A stretch of 64,000 bases of DNA from NCBI GenBank assembly GCA_002633005.1, contig NMRA01000089.1:669895-733894 (forward strand), read 5' to 3'. The stretch comes from Phoronis australis (Eukaryota > Animalia > Phoronida). The notes under the pieces were generated by a model, which worked only from the letters and a program-made list of their open reading frames with translations, ran no database searches and was not told the origin of the DNA. Positions 62,493-64,000 of the stretch are shown in pieces (positions within the stretch are counted from its first letter, which is position 1; each line of letters begins with the position of its first letter). Made by a program: the position numbers and the translations under genes.

Positions 62493-63017
62493 GGTTAGAC
62501 AATTACTATTTGAAATAATTTTCTGATGACAATTTTTGACATAACCATCAATGGAAACATGGAGTGCATTGTATTACATGTATGTACCACCTTGTGTTTT
62601 GTTTTCGTGTTCTCTGCAGTTGTTAGGCAGTTCTGAAGAGCTATTTTCTGATTTTCTCACATTTCAACTTAATTATCTTATTTTTCGGTGACGATGATGG
62701 ACTGTTAAATCCAGCAAAACGTTGCATGGTTTTTGGTTCCTAGCATTCGTGTGGTAAAGGTCCTGCAGTGTGTGATTACCTTTGTGCAGGCGTTTCCACG
62801 AGTAGGATTCTTATTTTCCTAGCACCGTATGGTGAATTTTGAATTCCCGTTTTGTGTTGTAGTACCGGTAATAACGTACACTAGATGATTGTTGACTATC
62901 GTGTTGATTGCAAAACGCTTATGAATAAACGTGTATCATAACCACTGCGTAATTTTTGTATTTGTATTGCGTGCATGGAAACACATTTATACATCGTAGG
63001 CCTATTTTATGGTATTG

Positions 63018-63118
63018 CATACATGCATGCATACTTACATACACACACGCATGCATACATACAGGCAAACAGACAGAAAGACGGACAGGCAGGCATACGT
63101 ACGTACATTCATACATAC
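63018..63118 (+). repeat. Degenerate (CATA/CAGA)n microsatellite
   Basis: Tetranucleotide run. Confidence 0.7.
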
Positions 63119-63910
63119 TGAAGTCACTCCGGACAAAGCAATGAAAAACGAATAAGAAAGTTGGTGCAGAAATGTACATTTAAATTACATGAAAATACTA
63201 ATCAGTAAAATATGATTATCAAAATAATTGATGGTTACGACACAGGCATCCAGTTTATGACCTTGTAACAACACATGCCGATACCTTCGTGTAGGTGTTT
63301 TACCAATGGTGTCAGTGACGTCTTTTACCCATGCTTGTAGTTTATTAACATGGCCATGTCAAGTCCCTGGGATTATTTTGAATACAATATATATTCCATC
63401 ATTTACCTTGTGAACATATGTACATTACGATGTACTCTAAATACTAAATTTATTAATAGTAGTTCTGCATGGTCATCTCGTCTTGGAAAATAAGTAAACA
63501 CGCACAACCCAGGGTTCAATTTCGCTTTTCTACCCACATCGTTTGAAAGCTGTGTATTTATATAGTATTTTATCAAGTTTAGACAGTCTGCTACACCGTT
63601 CAGTTCATTTGTTGTTCTACACACTCAAACAGTGGCTCAAGTGTAGAAAAGTGGGTGATGCGTTGCCATGTTGTCACTGACACTTTCCTAAAAGTGGCTT
63701 AGAACGTGACAAGCAGACTACCGGTAAATAGGGTCATCCCGGATTACACAGCGACACTTTAATCTCGCTGTGGTATTTACCCATGACGTCGTAAACATCC
63801 GTCTGGCACATTTCCTGTCTCGTTTTCATGCCACTGGAGTTTCACATGCTATTCACTATCTGATTTTTTAACAAGTTTTTATCGATTGCATTGCTCTATT
63901 CGTCCTTCAA

Positions 63911-64000
63911 GTGTCAACGAAGTGCTGCTGCTGTGCAGTGGGCTGCAACTCCGACGTGAGACAGTTTTATAAACTGGACAATTACCCGTGGATGCGTGAT
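63911..64000 (+). pseudogene. Possible THAP-like N-terminus running off the window
   Basis: STKCCCCAVGCNSDVRQFYKLDNYPWMRD. Confidence 0.4.

Noticed and set aside
62919-63179. Cys/Val-rich ORFs on both strands
   Set aside because: Translation of a tetranucleotide microsatellite

Overview
AT-rich, intron-containing eukaryotic (invertebrate animal-like) genomic DNA, not prokaryotic. Two complete spliced host genes lie on the + strand. One is a 13-exon protein farnesyltransferase beta subunit gene (FNTB, CDS 9327-22396, 416 aa by my exon count). The other is a 7-coding-exon RDH11/12/13/14-like short-chain dehydrogenase (29448-36121, 346 aa). Most of the rest is decayed transposon sequence: Bel/Pao, Gypsy gag, LINE, Sola-like, Harbinger, THAP and SWIM fragments, a piggyBac derivative, and many MITEs. 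Three near-identical duplications next to N characters (about 10.3, 18.5 and 52.1 kb) look like assembly or haplotype artefacts. The most notable oddities are: unannotated minus-strand exons at 60.3-61.9 kb encoding SGNH-esterase-like and chromodomain-like peptides; a ~1.75 kb tandem array carrying about 13 same-orientation CTCF-like motifs; a minisatellite that quadruplicates an FNTB splice donor; and a TTAA insertion present in only one of two apparent FNTB alleles. All calls come from reading the sequence by eye; no searches were run.
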